Below, piece by piece: positions 1-11,583 of a DNA stretch of 64,000 nucleotides. The notes under the pieces were generated by a model that saw only the letters and a list, made by a program, of their open reading frames with translations, had not been told where the DNA came from and ran no database searches. The translations under genes and the position numbers were made by a program. Origin of the DNA: Mustelus asterias (Eukaryota); NCBI RefSeq assembly GCF_964213995.1, contig NC_135808.1:109616001-109680000 (forward strand), given 5' to 3'. Numbering within the stretch: position 1 is the first letter of the stretch; every line of letters begins with the position of its first letter.

Positions 1-921
1 GAACACAACATTCAACTCTGGTTAGGCTCAAAGTATTAGTTGCTTTTCTCTTTGCCAACTGTAATCATCAATGAAAAGTATATTTAGTCAATTTCAATCC
101 AGTTCCAAATGGAAGGGCTACATGCATGGTTTGTGTAGAATTTTTAACAAGTGCAGCGATCAGTATTATCGGAATTATATCTGTGAGGTCTGAAATCAAG
201 ATACAGTATTGGGATAAGTAAATTTGTGAAATGCCTGACTTGGGAATGTTGGTTAGATATTGGAAGACAATTGCAACATAGAAAAGGTGAACAATCATGT
301 GCAACTCTAATCATTAACAGACAATGTTGCTTTTCCTTAATTACTTGTGAACAAAACATGCTCTCGATTATCTTCATTTTCCCCAACTAATGCAATAAAA
401 AGTGAACAAGCCCGCTTTTTCCATTACTCTATGCCAAGATATTTAGATCCCAGCAGTACTTTATGGTATTTTTTTTAAATCCTTTACTTGATGTGATTTG
501 TTTTCACTGTAGCAACACATCATTCAGGGTAGCAAATAAAAGCTAAGTGAACACAATCCCATTTCAAATTTGCACAGAAACCTTTGGTTTTAAGTTTTAA
601 CAAATTCAGCATAACTTCTTTGTGCGACTCCAAAACCTAGAGATGTTAAATAGTGAAATAAACTTCTTTGTTCACTGAATTCGAGTTAATGATGGACAAA
701 CGTAACTAATGCCTGCCTGTAATTACTCCAAATTGTCCTTCCCCCATAAAACCCTGAAGTAGTTTCATAATCATTTTACTGGTACCATGGTTCCCTCTCA
801 ATTTGGCCAAGTGGCCATTATATGGAAACCACATAGAACAAATGGTCTTGGGTTGTTGATCAGTGCAGCTGAGTGTGTGGGTTTCCCCATATGTGACATG
901 ACTGTCAGATGCCACTCCGTA

Positions 922-1051
922 ATTAAAAGGGACAAGATGAGATATCTTCATGTCCCACCTTTGTTACAGCAGTGGCAAAGGCATGGAAGCAAATTATCTG
1001 CCTGCCTGATCTCTTGTGAAGTGTGATCGAAACTCAAGGGCACAAAATGAA
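922..1051 (+). repeat. Source copy of a ~130-bp local direct duplication (second copy at 1922-2049)
   Basis: Read directly: about four substitutions and one 2-nt indel between the copies. Confidence 0.95.
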
Positions 1052-1135
1052 GAAGCCAAAAAAAAGGTCTTCTCCCCCTCCAAATACTGATGTTGATATT
1101 CGATCTTTCAAATTTAACTTAATTAGGATTTATAC

Positions 1136-1318
1136 CTGCCGAATGTGACTGGGTAATTGCCAAAGCGTCATTCCTGTGGATCAGAGATGTGCTCGATTCT
1201 TTGTTCTGCCAGTCTGATTTTGCCAAGTGTGTTGTTCGCAGGGCTCCAGTTACTAGAGAGACATCAGTCTCCTCACCATTGAAGGTCTCATCTGGAAATT
1301 CAACATGGCAGCAAGCAC
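1136..1318 (-). CDS. DPH2: DPH2 coding exon 5 (GACCHVEF...DVSLVTGALR...SHSA); terminal exon is outside the window
   Basis: ORF 1119-1355; ttcatag acceptor and CAG|gtataa donor; 183 nt, phase 1-1; DVSLxTG motif. No RSWQGL-type last exon was seen in 1-1135. Confidence 0.92.
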
Positions 1319-1616
1319 CTATGAAGTAGGACAGAAAAACCATTGTGATATACAAGCAGGATTATATTAGTTAATTGCAATCTATCATGCATGCAAGATT
1401 TGATAGTTATTTACAGCAGTATGGATTACAAAGGGGAGGCGGTGGCGTAGTGGTATTGTCACTGGACTAGCAACCCAGAGACCCAGGATAATGCTCTGGG
1501 GACCATCAAGGCAGATGGTGAAATTTGAATTCAATAAAAATCTGGAACAAAAAAGTCTAATGATGACCATGAAACTGTTGCCGATTGTTGTAAAAACTCA
1601 TGTGCTTTAGGAAATC

Positions 1617-1924
1617 ATGATGTGGAGATGCCGGCGTTGGACTGGGGTAAGCACAGTAAGAAGTCACCAGGTTAAAGTCCAACAGGTTTATTTGGTAGCA
1701 CAAGCCACTAGCTTTCAGAGTGCTGCTCCTTCATCAGGTGAGTGGGAGTTCTGTTCACAAACAGGGCATATAAAGACACAAAACTCAATTTACAAAATAA
1801 TGGTTGGAATGCGAGTCTTTACGGGTAATCAAGTCTTAAAGGTACAGACAATGTGAATGGAGAGAGGGTTAAGCACAGGTTAAAGAGATATGTATTGTCT
1901 CCAGCCAGGACAGTTAGTGAGATT
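1617..1924 (-). mobile_element. Penelope-like 3' terminal fragment
   Basis: Reverse complement of the ends of the elements at 11584-13314 and 46270-47386. Confidence 0.85.
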
Positions 1925-2105
1925 AAAAGGGACAAGACGAGATATATTCATGTCCCACCTTTGTTACAGAAGTGGCAAAGGCATGGAAGCAAATTATCTG
2001 CCTGCCTGATCTCATGAAGTGTGATCGAAACTCAAGGGCACAAAATGAAATCTGCCATGCTTACCTGGTCCGGCCTACATTCGAGTCCATGTAGCAATGT
2101 GGCTG

Positions 2106-3847
2106 ACGCAGGAGTAGGCCATTTGGTCCCTCGAGCCTGCTCCGCCATTCAATAAGATCATGGCTAATCTTTTCGTGGACTCAGCTCCACTTCCCCGCCC
2201 GCTCACCGTAACCCTGAATTCTTTAACTGTTCAAAAATCTATCTTTGCCTTAAAAACATTCAACGAGGTAGCCTCAACTGCTTCACTGGGCAGGGAATTC
2301 ACAACGCTTTGTGTGAAGAAGTTCCTCCTCAACTCAGTCCTAAATCTGCTCCCCCTTATTTTGAGGCTATGTCCCCAGTTCTCATTTCACCACCAGTGGA
2401 AACAAACTCTCTGTTTCCATCTTATCTATTCCCTTCATAATCGTATATATTTCTATAAGATCCCCCCTCATTCTTCTAAATTCCAATGAGTATAGCCCCA
2501 GTCTACTCAGTCTCTCCTCATAAGCCAACACTCTCAACTCCAGAATCAACCTAGTGAATCTCCTCTGCATTCCCTCTAGTGCCAGTACATCCTCTCTCAG
2601 GTAAGACCAAAACTGTACACAGTACTGCAGGTGTTGCCTCACCAGCATCCTATAGAGCTGCACCATTACCTTCCTGTTTGTAACCTCCATCAACGAAGGA
2701 CAAAATTCTATTTGCCTTCTTAATTACCTGCTGCACCTGCAAACCAACTTTTTGTGATTCATGCACAAGGACACCCAGGTCCCTCTGCACAGCAGCATGC
2801 TGCAATTGCTTACCATTTAAATAATAGTCCATTTTGCTGTTATTCCTACCAATGTGGGACCTCACATTTACCAACATTGTACTCCATCTGCCGACCCTTG
2901 TCCACTTAAACTATCTATATCCCTTTGCAGACATTGTGTCCTCTGCACATTTTGCTCTACCATTCATCTTAGTGTCATCTGCAAACTTTGATACACTATA
3001 CTTGATCCCCAACTCGAAATCATCGATGTAAATTGTAAACAATTGCGGTCCCAACACTGATCCCTGAGACACACCACTGATCGCCAACCAGAAAAACACC
3101 CATTTATTCCCACTCTGCTTTAACCAATCCTCTATCCATGCTAATACATTACCCGTAATGCTGTGTACCTTTATCTTACGCAGCAGCCTTTTATGCGGCA
3201 CCTTGTCGAATGCCTTCTGCAAATTCAAATACACCACATCCACCGGTTGCCCACTGTCCGCTGCGCTCATAATGTCCTCAAAGAATTCCACTAAATTAGT
3301 TAAACATGACCTGCCTTTCATGAACCCATGCTGTGTCTTGCCAATGGGACAACTTCTATCCAGATGTCTTGGTATTTCTTCCTTGATCATAGATTCAAGC
3401 ATTTTCCCCACTACAGAAGTTAAGCTAACCGGCCTATAGTTACCCGCCTTTTGTCGACCTCCTTTTAAACAGCGGCATCACATTTGCTGTTTTCCAATCT
3501 ACTGTAACTGCCCCAGAGTCCAGCGAATTTTGTTAAATTACCACGAGTGCATTTGCTATTTCCCCTGCCATCTCTTTTAGTACCCTGGGATGCATTCCAT
3601 CAGGACCAGGAGACTTGTCTACCTTTAACCCCATTATTTTACCTAACACTGCTTCTTTAGTGATAATGATCGTTTCTAAGTCCTCACCTGCCATAGTTTT
3701 CTAGACATCAATTTTTGGCATATTATGTGTGTCTTCCACCGTGAAGACCAACACAAAATACCTATTCAATGCCTCGGCTATTTCCTCATTTCCCGTCATT
3801 AAATCCCCCTTCTCATCCCATAAAGGACCAATGTTTACCGTAGCCAC
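2106..3847 (-). mobile_element. CR1-clade LINE, 5'-truncated and degenerate
   Basis: ORFs with [31 protein letters not shown] and LQYCVQFWS. Confidence 0.95.
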
Positions 3848-4134
3848 TTAAATGCCCTCTGAAATGGTCCAGCAAGCCACTTAGTTCCAGGGTAATTAGG
3901 GATGGGCAATCAATGCTGGCCTTGCGAGTGACGCCCATATCCCTTGAACGAATAATAAAAAATGTAAAACTCACTGTGGGACCGGGCAGAGGAGGACTGA
4001 GGATAAAGATGAGAGGAAATGAGGGGATAAAATCATGGCTACATCAATTTGTTTTAATTGAAAATTACAAGTTCCAATTATACACACTTCACCAATGTTT
4101 ACATGCATCCATGAAGTTATGTAGATTTACGCAC

Positions 4135-4848
4135 CTGGAAGCAGGTCCCTGAAGTCAGTAATGTACTCTCCTGTCCATTCCCTTGCTTGATTGCAAGCAA
4201 CCTCCATCTCGAATGGTGTTATAACCGGTCTATAGAATTCACTGGAATCCAGCAGAGAGTTTTCTGGACAGGCTACAAGTACATATATATCCACCTCCAT
4301 GAAATTAGCTAGCTTAGCAGCATTCAGTTTACCCATTACAAAGGTGTAGCTTTTTTTGCCAGCCTGCTTGACAATTGATTTAAGATGTCCAATAGTAGAA
4401 AGATAGTCAGCGACACCAAGAGTCCCCACTAAAATCCCTACAACTTGAGCATCCTTGGCTCTTTCAATCATGTAGTATCGCTTCATTAAAGCCCTGTTAA
4501 CATTCAGGGTTTCACGTCTCCCGACCCCTTTCACTGGATCAAAGGAGCAAAAGGAACACTGATTCCATGTCATCATAAAGTTGGTCAGCGTCAGACTCTC
4601 CTGTCCAACATAGAACATGCTGTAGTCTTTCACGTCACTATTGGCACTGATGGTGAAATGCCGGCCAAACTTAGAAATAACTTGATTGCACGAATGGCTG
4701 CAGGATTTGACGGTAGAACAGGAATCAACATCACCTCCACCAAGGAAGCCATCAGCCCCACATGGATCAGTTGCTTCATTTTGGCCGCTGCAAATCGTTG
4801 AAACGACAAGGTTCTCATAATCTTGGTGAAGAAGTTGCTGTAGCTCTT
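4135..4848 (-). CDS. DPH2: DPH2 coding exon 4 (EELQQ...GILVGTLG...KLANF...ACPEN...DLLP)
   Basis: ORF 4127-4864; ttattag acceptor and CAG|gtgcgt donor; 714 nt, phase 1-1. Confidence 0.97.
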
Positions 4849-5496
4849 CTAATAAAAGGATCAAACAAATGCCTTAGAAAGGGCGTCATAATGGATAGTT
4901 ATATAAAAGCAGAGGTGGAAAACATATGCATTTGTACAGATCCAGTGTATATACCTTTTCAAACAGATGTAATTTTGGGATTAGGATCGTGAAGATAGTG
5001 TTCCTACCCAACTACATCCTACCTAGTTTTATCAATTCCCCATCTCAATCATTCTGGCTGATCTGTTGGCAAATAGGATCAACTGAGTTATTTGAAGCAA
5101 AGAGGTGCAATGGGGTTGGGAAGGAACCAAAGGCCTATTAGTCCTTGCAGCCCACACATGTAGAAGGAGCAACAAGGAGAAAGAGGAGAAAGTAAAAGTA
5201 CAATCCCATCTTTTTAAAGTAATCACTGTGAAAACGATTTCAGTTTCTACAATAAACATTTCATTTTTTAATTCTCATAGTGGGGTTCTGCATTATGAAT
5301 TTCTTCCTGGACAGCTCATAACCTCCAGTTTAGCACAGTGGATTCAATACTGACAATACCAAAGACTGGGATATACAAACAAGTCCGGAAGAATGGTCCT
5401 CATTGTGAGAAAGTCTCTTTTCCAACTGAACAGTGCAAGAAACAAAACGTGTACAGTATTAAAAGAGGGAATGGATTAAAGAGGAAAAGCTCTTAC

Positions 5497-5717
5497 CAAG
5501 CACATACGAGTAGATGACATCACACAGGATTATAACACGCGTACACTTGTCTGGATACAGAGCTCGGAAGGAGGCAACACACTGATGCACATCCACTGGT
5601 TTTTGTCCAAACACGTACATCACCGGGAGTCTTCTGGAAGGACTGAGGCATGCCCTTCCATAATGTACTATGCTGTCAGCTTCAAGGTGCTCAGCAGCTA
5701 CTTCATCCACACAGCAG
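5497..5717 (-). CDS. DPH2: DPH2 coding exon 3 ([10 protein letters not shown]...HYGRACLS...YVL)
   Basis: ORF 5459-5725; tag|C acceptor and G|gtaaga donor; 221 nt, phases match neighbours; CCVD and HYGxACLS motifs. Confidence 0.96.
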
Positions 5718-6978
5718 CTACACAACGGACAAGAGATTTTCAGGGAGGTTTTGGAATAGGTCTCTGACTATGAACTGCACACCACGAAGAAAAATTATTT
5801 ACAGGTACAGTAGCTAGTGGTGATAACTGGACCGGTAACTGAAGTCACTAGTTAAAATCCCACTGCGGAAAATTGTGATTCAATAAATCTGGTAATTTGC
5901 AAGTTGTACTGGCCATGAAAACTGCTGCAACATTGTGAAAAACATAACTAATGTCGTTCAGAGTAGGAAACCTGCCAATTGCATCCAGTTCAGTCAACAC
6001 ACAAATTCAGCTTCACATTAAGTGGTTGACTCTTAATGCTCTTGGGTTAACTAGGAATGGACAATAAATACTGCCTTGCCACTATTCCCCCATTCCAAGA
6101 GGTAAAGATATTGTATTTTGACACAAAGTATGAACATGCAATGCAAATTTGCATCAATAATCAGTCTTAATACCTGTCCTTTGCTTTGAACTCTGGTTAG
6201 CCATGAAAGGATAAAAAAATGAATTCTGATAAGATTCTCTACTTCTTCAGATTTCCTCATGGCGGAGCAAACTCGATGGGCCAAATGGCCTAATTCTGCT
6301 CCTATATCTTATGAACTTATGTACACAGTATTCTCTGACTACCAAAAGCTTCAGGTAACTCACTTTATATTTCTTCTTTCATTTTTAAAATGTCCCTAAC
6401 TTCTAGTCTCTATTTCTCCAAACTGCGTAGTTGATGCTGCGTATTTATAGGTGGTGAATTATGGTCAAGAGCCCATACCCGATTGCTCGGTGGAATATTA
6501 AGATTAAAATACAACACTGCCACCTTTTTTTGCTTTTCGATATTTAGCTGCTGGCATTTGCCCAAATGGAAACTGCATCGACAATGTCCAATATCTTAAT
6601 TGTGAATCAAAACATTAAATTAGAGAGGGTATCCCCCCTAACACTCTCCATCTCAGTCAGTTCAGGCTGGATTCAACCCAACCTTCTAAAAAGGTGAAAA
6701 GATCAGTATGCCCAACTGCTCATATTACCTCATTTCTACAGTAGCCACCAGCAACCCAATACTTAGTCTAATACATCATCTCTTGCAGTAAAAGTACATT
6801 TTGCACTGAAGAGACATTCGCATTTACAATGAAGGTTTGAGTCCAATAGACCCATTAATAATTTATCTTGATAGATGCATTCACAATTTATCCCTCAAAG
6901 AAAGAAACCCACTGAAGCTTAATGTTCATTGTTCAGAAACACATTGTAACAAGCAGCTAATGTCAAATTAATTCATAC

Positions 6979-7091
6979 CTGCCATACGATGTGTCACCCA
7001 ATATGAAAAGTTTGGCAGTGGTGTTTTTCTCCAGTTTTGATGTAATGGCAGAGGCATCGATGAGAAGTTCATCAGGAAACTGGAGAGCCAC
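6979..7091 (-). CDS. DPH2: DPH2 coding exon 2 (VALQFPDELLIDA...FILGDTSYGS)
   Basis: Manual translation; cag|GTG acceptor and AG|gtatga donor; 113 nt; family motifs VALQFPD and LGDTSYG. Confidence 0.96.
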
Positions 7092-7362
7092 CTGTGGGGA
7101 TTGAGAATTATTTTCAGTCTGCTCCCAGATATCAGCAAATGCCTGCTATGTAACAGCCATTAGGAACGGCACACCAATAGCCCTCCGAAGAACAGGTTGA
7201 TTGCTTTTGGAGCTTACTTCCTTTGCACTGGATTATAGGAGAATACATATCGCTGCCTACAATCAGGCTCCTGCTCTGAGTCCTTACTTCTAGGAGTGTC
7301 AGAGTTAAAGTCTCTCAAACAAAAAGAGGGAATGAATTTAGTTAGTGTCAAGCAATACAAAC

Positions 7363-7515
7363 CTTCTTAAAGCCATGATCTGTGATGAAGCTGCAGGTCT
7401 TCTCAATTTCATACACAACATCAGTCTCCTTAAAGCTGGTTCTGCTGGTATTTTCAAGAATACATGTGGACCGCTGAATTGCCTTAGAGCCATCATCACT
7501 GAATGCTGTAGTCAT
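7363..7515 (-). CDS. DPH2: DPH2 first coding exon (MTTAFSDDG...DHGFKK)
   Basis: ATG at 7515; acceptor tttcctttgtag at 7526-7527 implies a non-coding exon upstream; donor AAG|gtttgt; 153 nt, phase 0; peptide resembles the DPH2 N-terminus (VYEIEK..F). Confidence 0.93.
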
Positions 7516-7784
7516 GACGATCCACCTACAAAGGAAAAAAAATGTTAATAACATTTAGCAAGTTTCCCATTGTTAAATAGTTTACCTCAATAGGTCCCAG
7601 ACTTCATAGAAAACACAGCATCAGCTTATCAGTATCTGTGGACAGTTGTATACACATTCAGACTTGCTTTCAGCATTATCCATTTTTTCTCCCCTACTAA
7701 CAATCTGGTTATTGAACAGATTATTGGTAAATTAATGAAAATGGAAACTTATTAGAATGTCATTTAATTCTGTGTTACAAAGGG

Positions 7785-8110
7785 AGGTATTGGATGGCAC
7801 AGTAGTTAGCACTGCTGCCTCACAGCGCCAGGGACCCAGCTTTGATTACGGCCAAGGGTGACCGTCTGTGTGGAGTTTACATTTTCTCTCCGTGTCTGAA
7901 TGGGTTTCCTCCCACAGTCCAAAAATGTGCCGATTATGTGGATTTGGCCATGCTAAATTACCCCTTATTGTCTCGAGATGTATAGTTTAAGGAGATTAGC
8001 GGGGTAAATACATGGGGTTCTGGGGATAGGGCATAGGTGGGATGTTCTGTCACAGAACCAGCACAGACACGATGGGTCGAATGGCCTCCTTCTGCACTGT
8101 AGGGATTCTA
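7785..8110 (+). mobile_element. HE1-like V-SINE with CR1-type tail
   Basis: ggcacagtagttagcactgctgcctcacagcgccagggac head; tail ggcctccttctgcactgtagggattcta. Confidence 0.85.
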
Positions 8111-8689
8111 CTTCAATATCGGCACCATTTTCTCAGTTGCCTTTCATTTTGTTTTTATGTTTTAAAAGTTATTACAGCCAGCATGATAGAAGATTGGTTC
8201 AGAATTAGCTGATGATGTCCCATGTTAACACTCTGTTTTTGGTTGGTCTATTATTATTACTACTTTTCCTAATTACCCACCGAGTGCAAAGAATAAAGAA
8301 AAACTCCCAGTCAGTGGATATTTCAGCCAATTAGCATGGTTAACCAAACCTTTAAAGTAAGCCTTAAAGTGTTGACCCATGAACAATCCTGAATTGTGAA
8401 GCTTTTTGAATATTATCTGGAATAAAAAGTACCTTTGCTTCAAAGGGAAAAGAGATAAAAACAGAAAAAAAAAATTCAAAACGCATCATAATAACAAAGT
8501 AAAAAAAGCCAGTATTCTGTTGCATGCTTCTTTCAAACTCTGTTCACTAATGTAATAAATGGGATTCAACTCAAGATAACCATCAACCTAAATGTATTCT
8601 AAAGCTAAAGTGCTCTCTAGCGGCAGTGAAATGCAAAATATTTCAAACATGCTCCCTATATTTCATTCAAGACCAGGTACAGAGTGCAA

Positions 8690-9780
8690 ACATACAAATT
8701 TGGAGCAGGAGTAGGTCACTTGGCCCATCAAGCCTGCTCCACCTTTCAATAAGATCATGGCTGATCTGATTGTAACTCCAACCCCACATTCCTGCCTATC
8801 CCTGCTAACTTTTTTGCCCCCTTGTTAAATCAAGAATCTATCTAGCTCTGCCTTAAAACATATTTAAAGGCTCTGCTTCCACTGCCTATTGAGGAAGAGT
8901 GCCAGAGATTCACGGCCCTCAAAGAAACAATTTCTCCTCATCACTGTCTTAAATAGTGATCCCTAGCTCTAAATTCCCTGACAAGAGGGAACATCGTCTC
9001 CACATTCACCCTGTCAATACCCCTCAGGAAATGTTTTGATCAAGTTGCCCCTTATTCTTCTAAACTCTAGTGAATACAAACCTAAACTCCCCAATCTTTC
9101 CTCATAAGATAACCCGCCCATTCCTGGTATTAGTCTGGTAAACTTTCTCTGAACTGCTTCTAATGTATTTACATCCTTCCTTAAATGAGACCAATACTGT
9201 ACACAATACTCCAGATGCGTTCTCACCAATGCACTGTACAACTGAAGCATAACCTCCCTACTCCCTACTCAAATACTCCCTATTCAATTCCCCGAACAAT
9301 AAACAATAACATTCCATTATCTTTCCTAATTACTCGCTGAACCTGTGATTCATGTTCTAGGACACCCAGATCCCTCTGCATCTCAGAGCTCTGCAATCTC
9401 CCACCATTTAGATAATAAACTTCTGTTTTATTCTTCCTGTCAAAATGGACAATTACACATTTCTCCACATTATACTCCATTTGCCAAAGTTTTGCCCACT
9501 CACTGGTCTGTAGTTTCCTGCTTTTTGTCTCCCTCCCTTTTTGAATAAAGGAGTTAATTAACCATCTTCCAGTCTAACGGAACCTTCCCCAAATCTAGGG
9601 AATTTTGGAAAATTAAAACCAGTGCATCAACTATCTTATTAGCCTTTTAAGATCTTAGGGTGAAGTCGAGCAGGACTCAATAATTTGCACAATATCACTT
9701 CCCTGGTGACTGTAATTTTCCTGAGTTCCTCCCTCACTTCCATTTCCTGATTTACGGTTATTTCTGGGATGTTACTAGTG
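8690..9780 (-). mobile_element. CR1 LINE fragment
   Basis: ORFs 9014-9250 and 9280-9480 (LEYCVQYWS, MEYNVEKC). Confidence 0.9.
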
Positions 9781-10507
9781 TCAAGTTCGAATACAGTAGA
9801 ACAGTTAAAAGTCAAAAAGTAAATGTAATGGTGGTGGTGTCATGAAAGGATTATAATTTTTATGGCCAAAGTGCATCATACTTTGCATTTGGTAGCAGAC
9901 TCCTTACAGTTTCAATAGTCACAATAAGTCACTACTTGCAGGTTAAGTTTCTCCATCGGCTTTACATTTGAAGTATGTAAATTAGTTCTACAATCATTTC
10001 TACATGGAATGAAAACAAAAATGACCTCAGACAATCATATCTCTCACACAATTTTCACTACCAATCAAAATACTTTGAAATCACAAGACAGCAGCACTTC
10101 TTCCAAACAGCAGTCCAACAGTCTCACTGTGGGGGCAGTAGTAGGGAGTTCTGCGACATTTCACAGGGATATCTTTTAGTCAAGATGAGCACTGTGACAC
10201 TAGAAAGAGGATCCAGATGCAGGCTAGATGGTAGGGAGAGGAACTTATGGATACAGTTAAATGAGCATCCAAGCAGATTGGCCAGCATCACCAATAGGGT
10301 TATGGGTCTTTTGGCATAGGTTTATGTTGCCAGACTAATTATCCACAAACCTAGAGGAACATTCTAGAAAACACAGCAAATCAAATCACACCACGGCAAC
10401 TGGAGAATTTGATATCATCTGAAAAACTTGGAAGTGATCACTTGTTTGCGATAAAAGTTACCATGAGTTTTATTGCAAAAACGCTGGTTTACTAACATCC
10501 TGCCAAG

Positions 10508-11115
10508 GGCAGCATGGTGGCACAGTGGTTAGCTGCACATTCTCCCCGTGTCTACATGGGTTTCCTTCCACAGTCCAAAAGACGTGCTGGTTAGGTGCGT
10601 TGGCCACGCTAAATTCTCGCTCAGTGTACAGACACCAGAGTGTGACAACTAGAGAATTTACACAGTAACTTCATTGCAGTGTAAGCCTACTTGTGACACT
10701 AATAAATAAACTTTAAATCCTTCAAGATAGGAAACTTACCATCTTTAACCTGGATGGTCCATATGTAGCCCCATCCACACATCAAAAGACTGTCTATTGA
10801 AGTAGTGTAACAGGCAATTTAGTGGGGCAACACGGTGCTTAGCACTGCTGTTTCACAGCACTAGGGACCTTGGTTCTATTCCTGGCTTAGGTCACTGACT
10901 GTGTGAAGTCTTCTCCCCATAACTGTGTCGATTTCCTCCGGTTTCCTCCCACAGTCCGAAAGGAATGCTGGTTAGGTGCAGTGCATTGGCAATACTAAAT
11001 TCTCCCTCAGTATACCCGAACAGGCGTCGGATTGTGTCAACTGGGGGATTTTCACAGTAACTTCATTGCAGTTTTAATGTAAGCCTACTGGCAACACTAA
11101 TAAATAAACTTTTAA
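10508..11115 (+). mobile_element. Two HE1-like SINEs with the alternative ...taataaataaacttt tail (10508-10715, 10825-11115)
   Basis: Shared head and body; tail cacagtaacttcattgcagt...aagcctact. Confidence 0.8.
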
Positions 11116-11154
11116 ACTTTAAAACTACAATGAGAGGCTCCTTCTCTTTTCAAC

Positions 11155-11472
11155 TCCCAAAGGTAGGGGAGTCTAAAACTAGAGGGCATAGGTTTAAGGT
11201 GAGAGGGGAGATACACAAAAGTGTCCAGAGGGGCAATTTTTTCACACAAAGAGTGGAGAGTGTCTGGAACAAGCTGCCAGAGGTAGGTAGTAGTAGAGGC
11301 AGGTACAATTTTGTCTTTTAAAAAGCATTTAGATAGTTACATGGGTACGATGGGTATAGAGGGATATGGGCCCAATGCGGGCAATTGGGATTAGCTTAGC
11401 GGTGTTAAAAAAAAGGGCGGCATTGACAAGTTGGGCCGAAGGGCCTGTTTCCATGCTGTAAACCTCTATGAC
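11155..11472 (+). mobile_element. CR1 3' end
   Basis: TRGHRFKVRG...FFTQRV...WNKLP. Confidence 0.9.
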
Positions 11473-11583
11473 TCTAACTCTTGTACATCCCCAACTTGTT
11501 TATCTTACCATTGACAACTACGCTGTCAGTTATCTAGACTTGAAATTCAGTTTCTCAATTTTGCTCTGCCCCTTTAAAACATT

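Larger units (their letters stand above)
1432..3961 (+). mobile_element. tRNA-headed SINE in three pieces (1432-1616, 2047-2105, 3848-3961), split by Penelope and CR1 insertions
   Basis: A-box-like head ggtggcgtagtggt; the pieces are collinear with related copies near 5810-6100 and 10330-10830. Confidence 0.65.

Noticed and set aside
922-1051. H/ACA snoRNA duplicated in adjacent DPH2 introns (two weak hairpins, AGATAA hinge)
   Set aside because: No proper ACA box and weak stems; the second copy is better explained as filler at a Penelope junction. An Rfam search would settle it.
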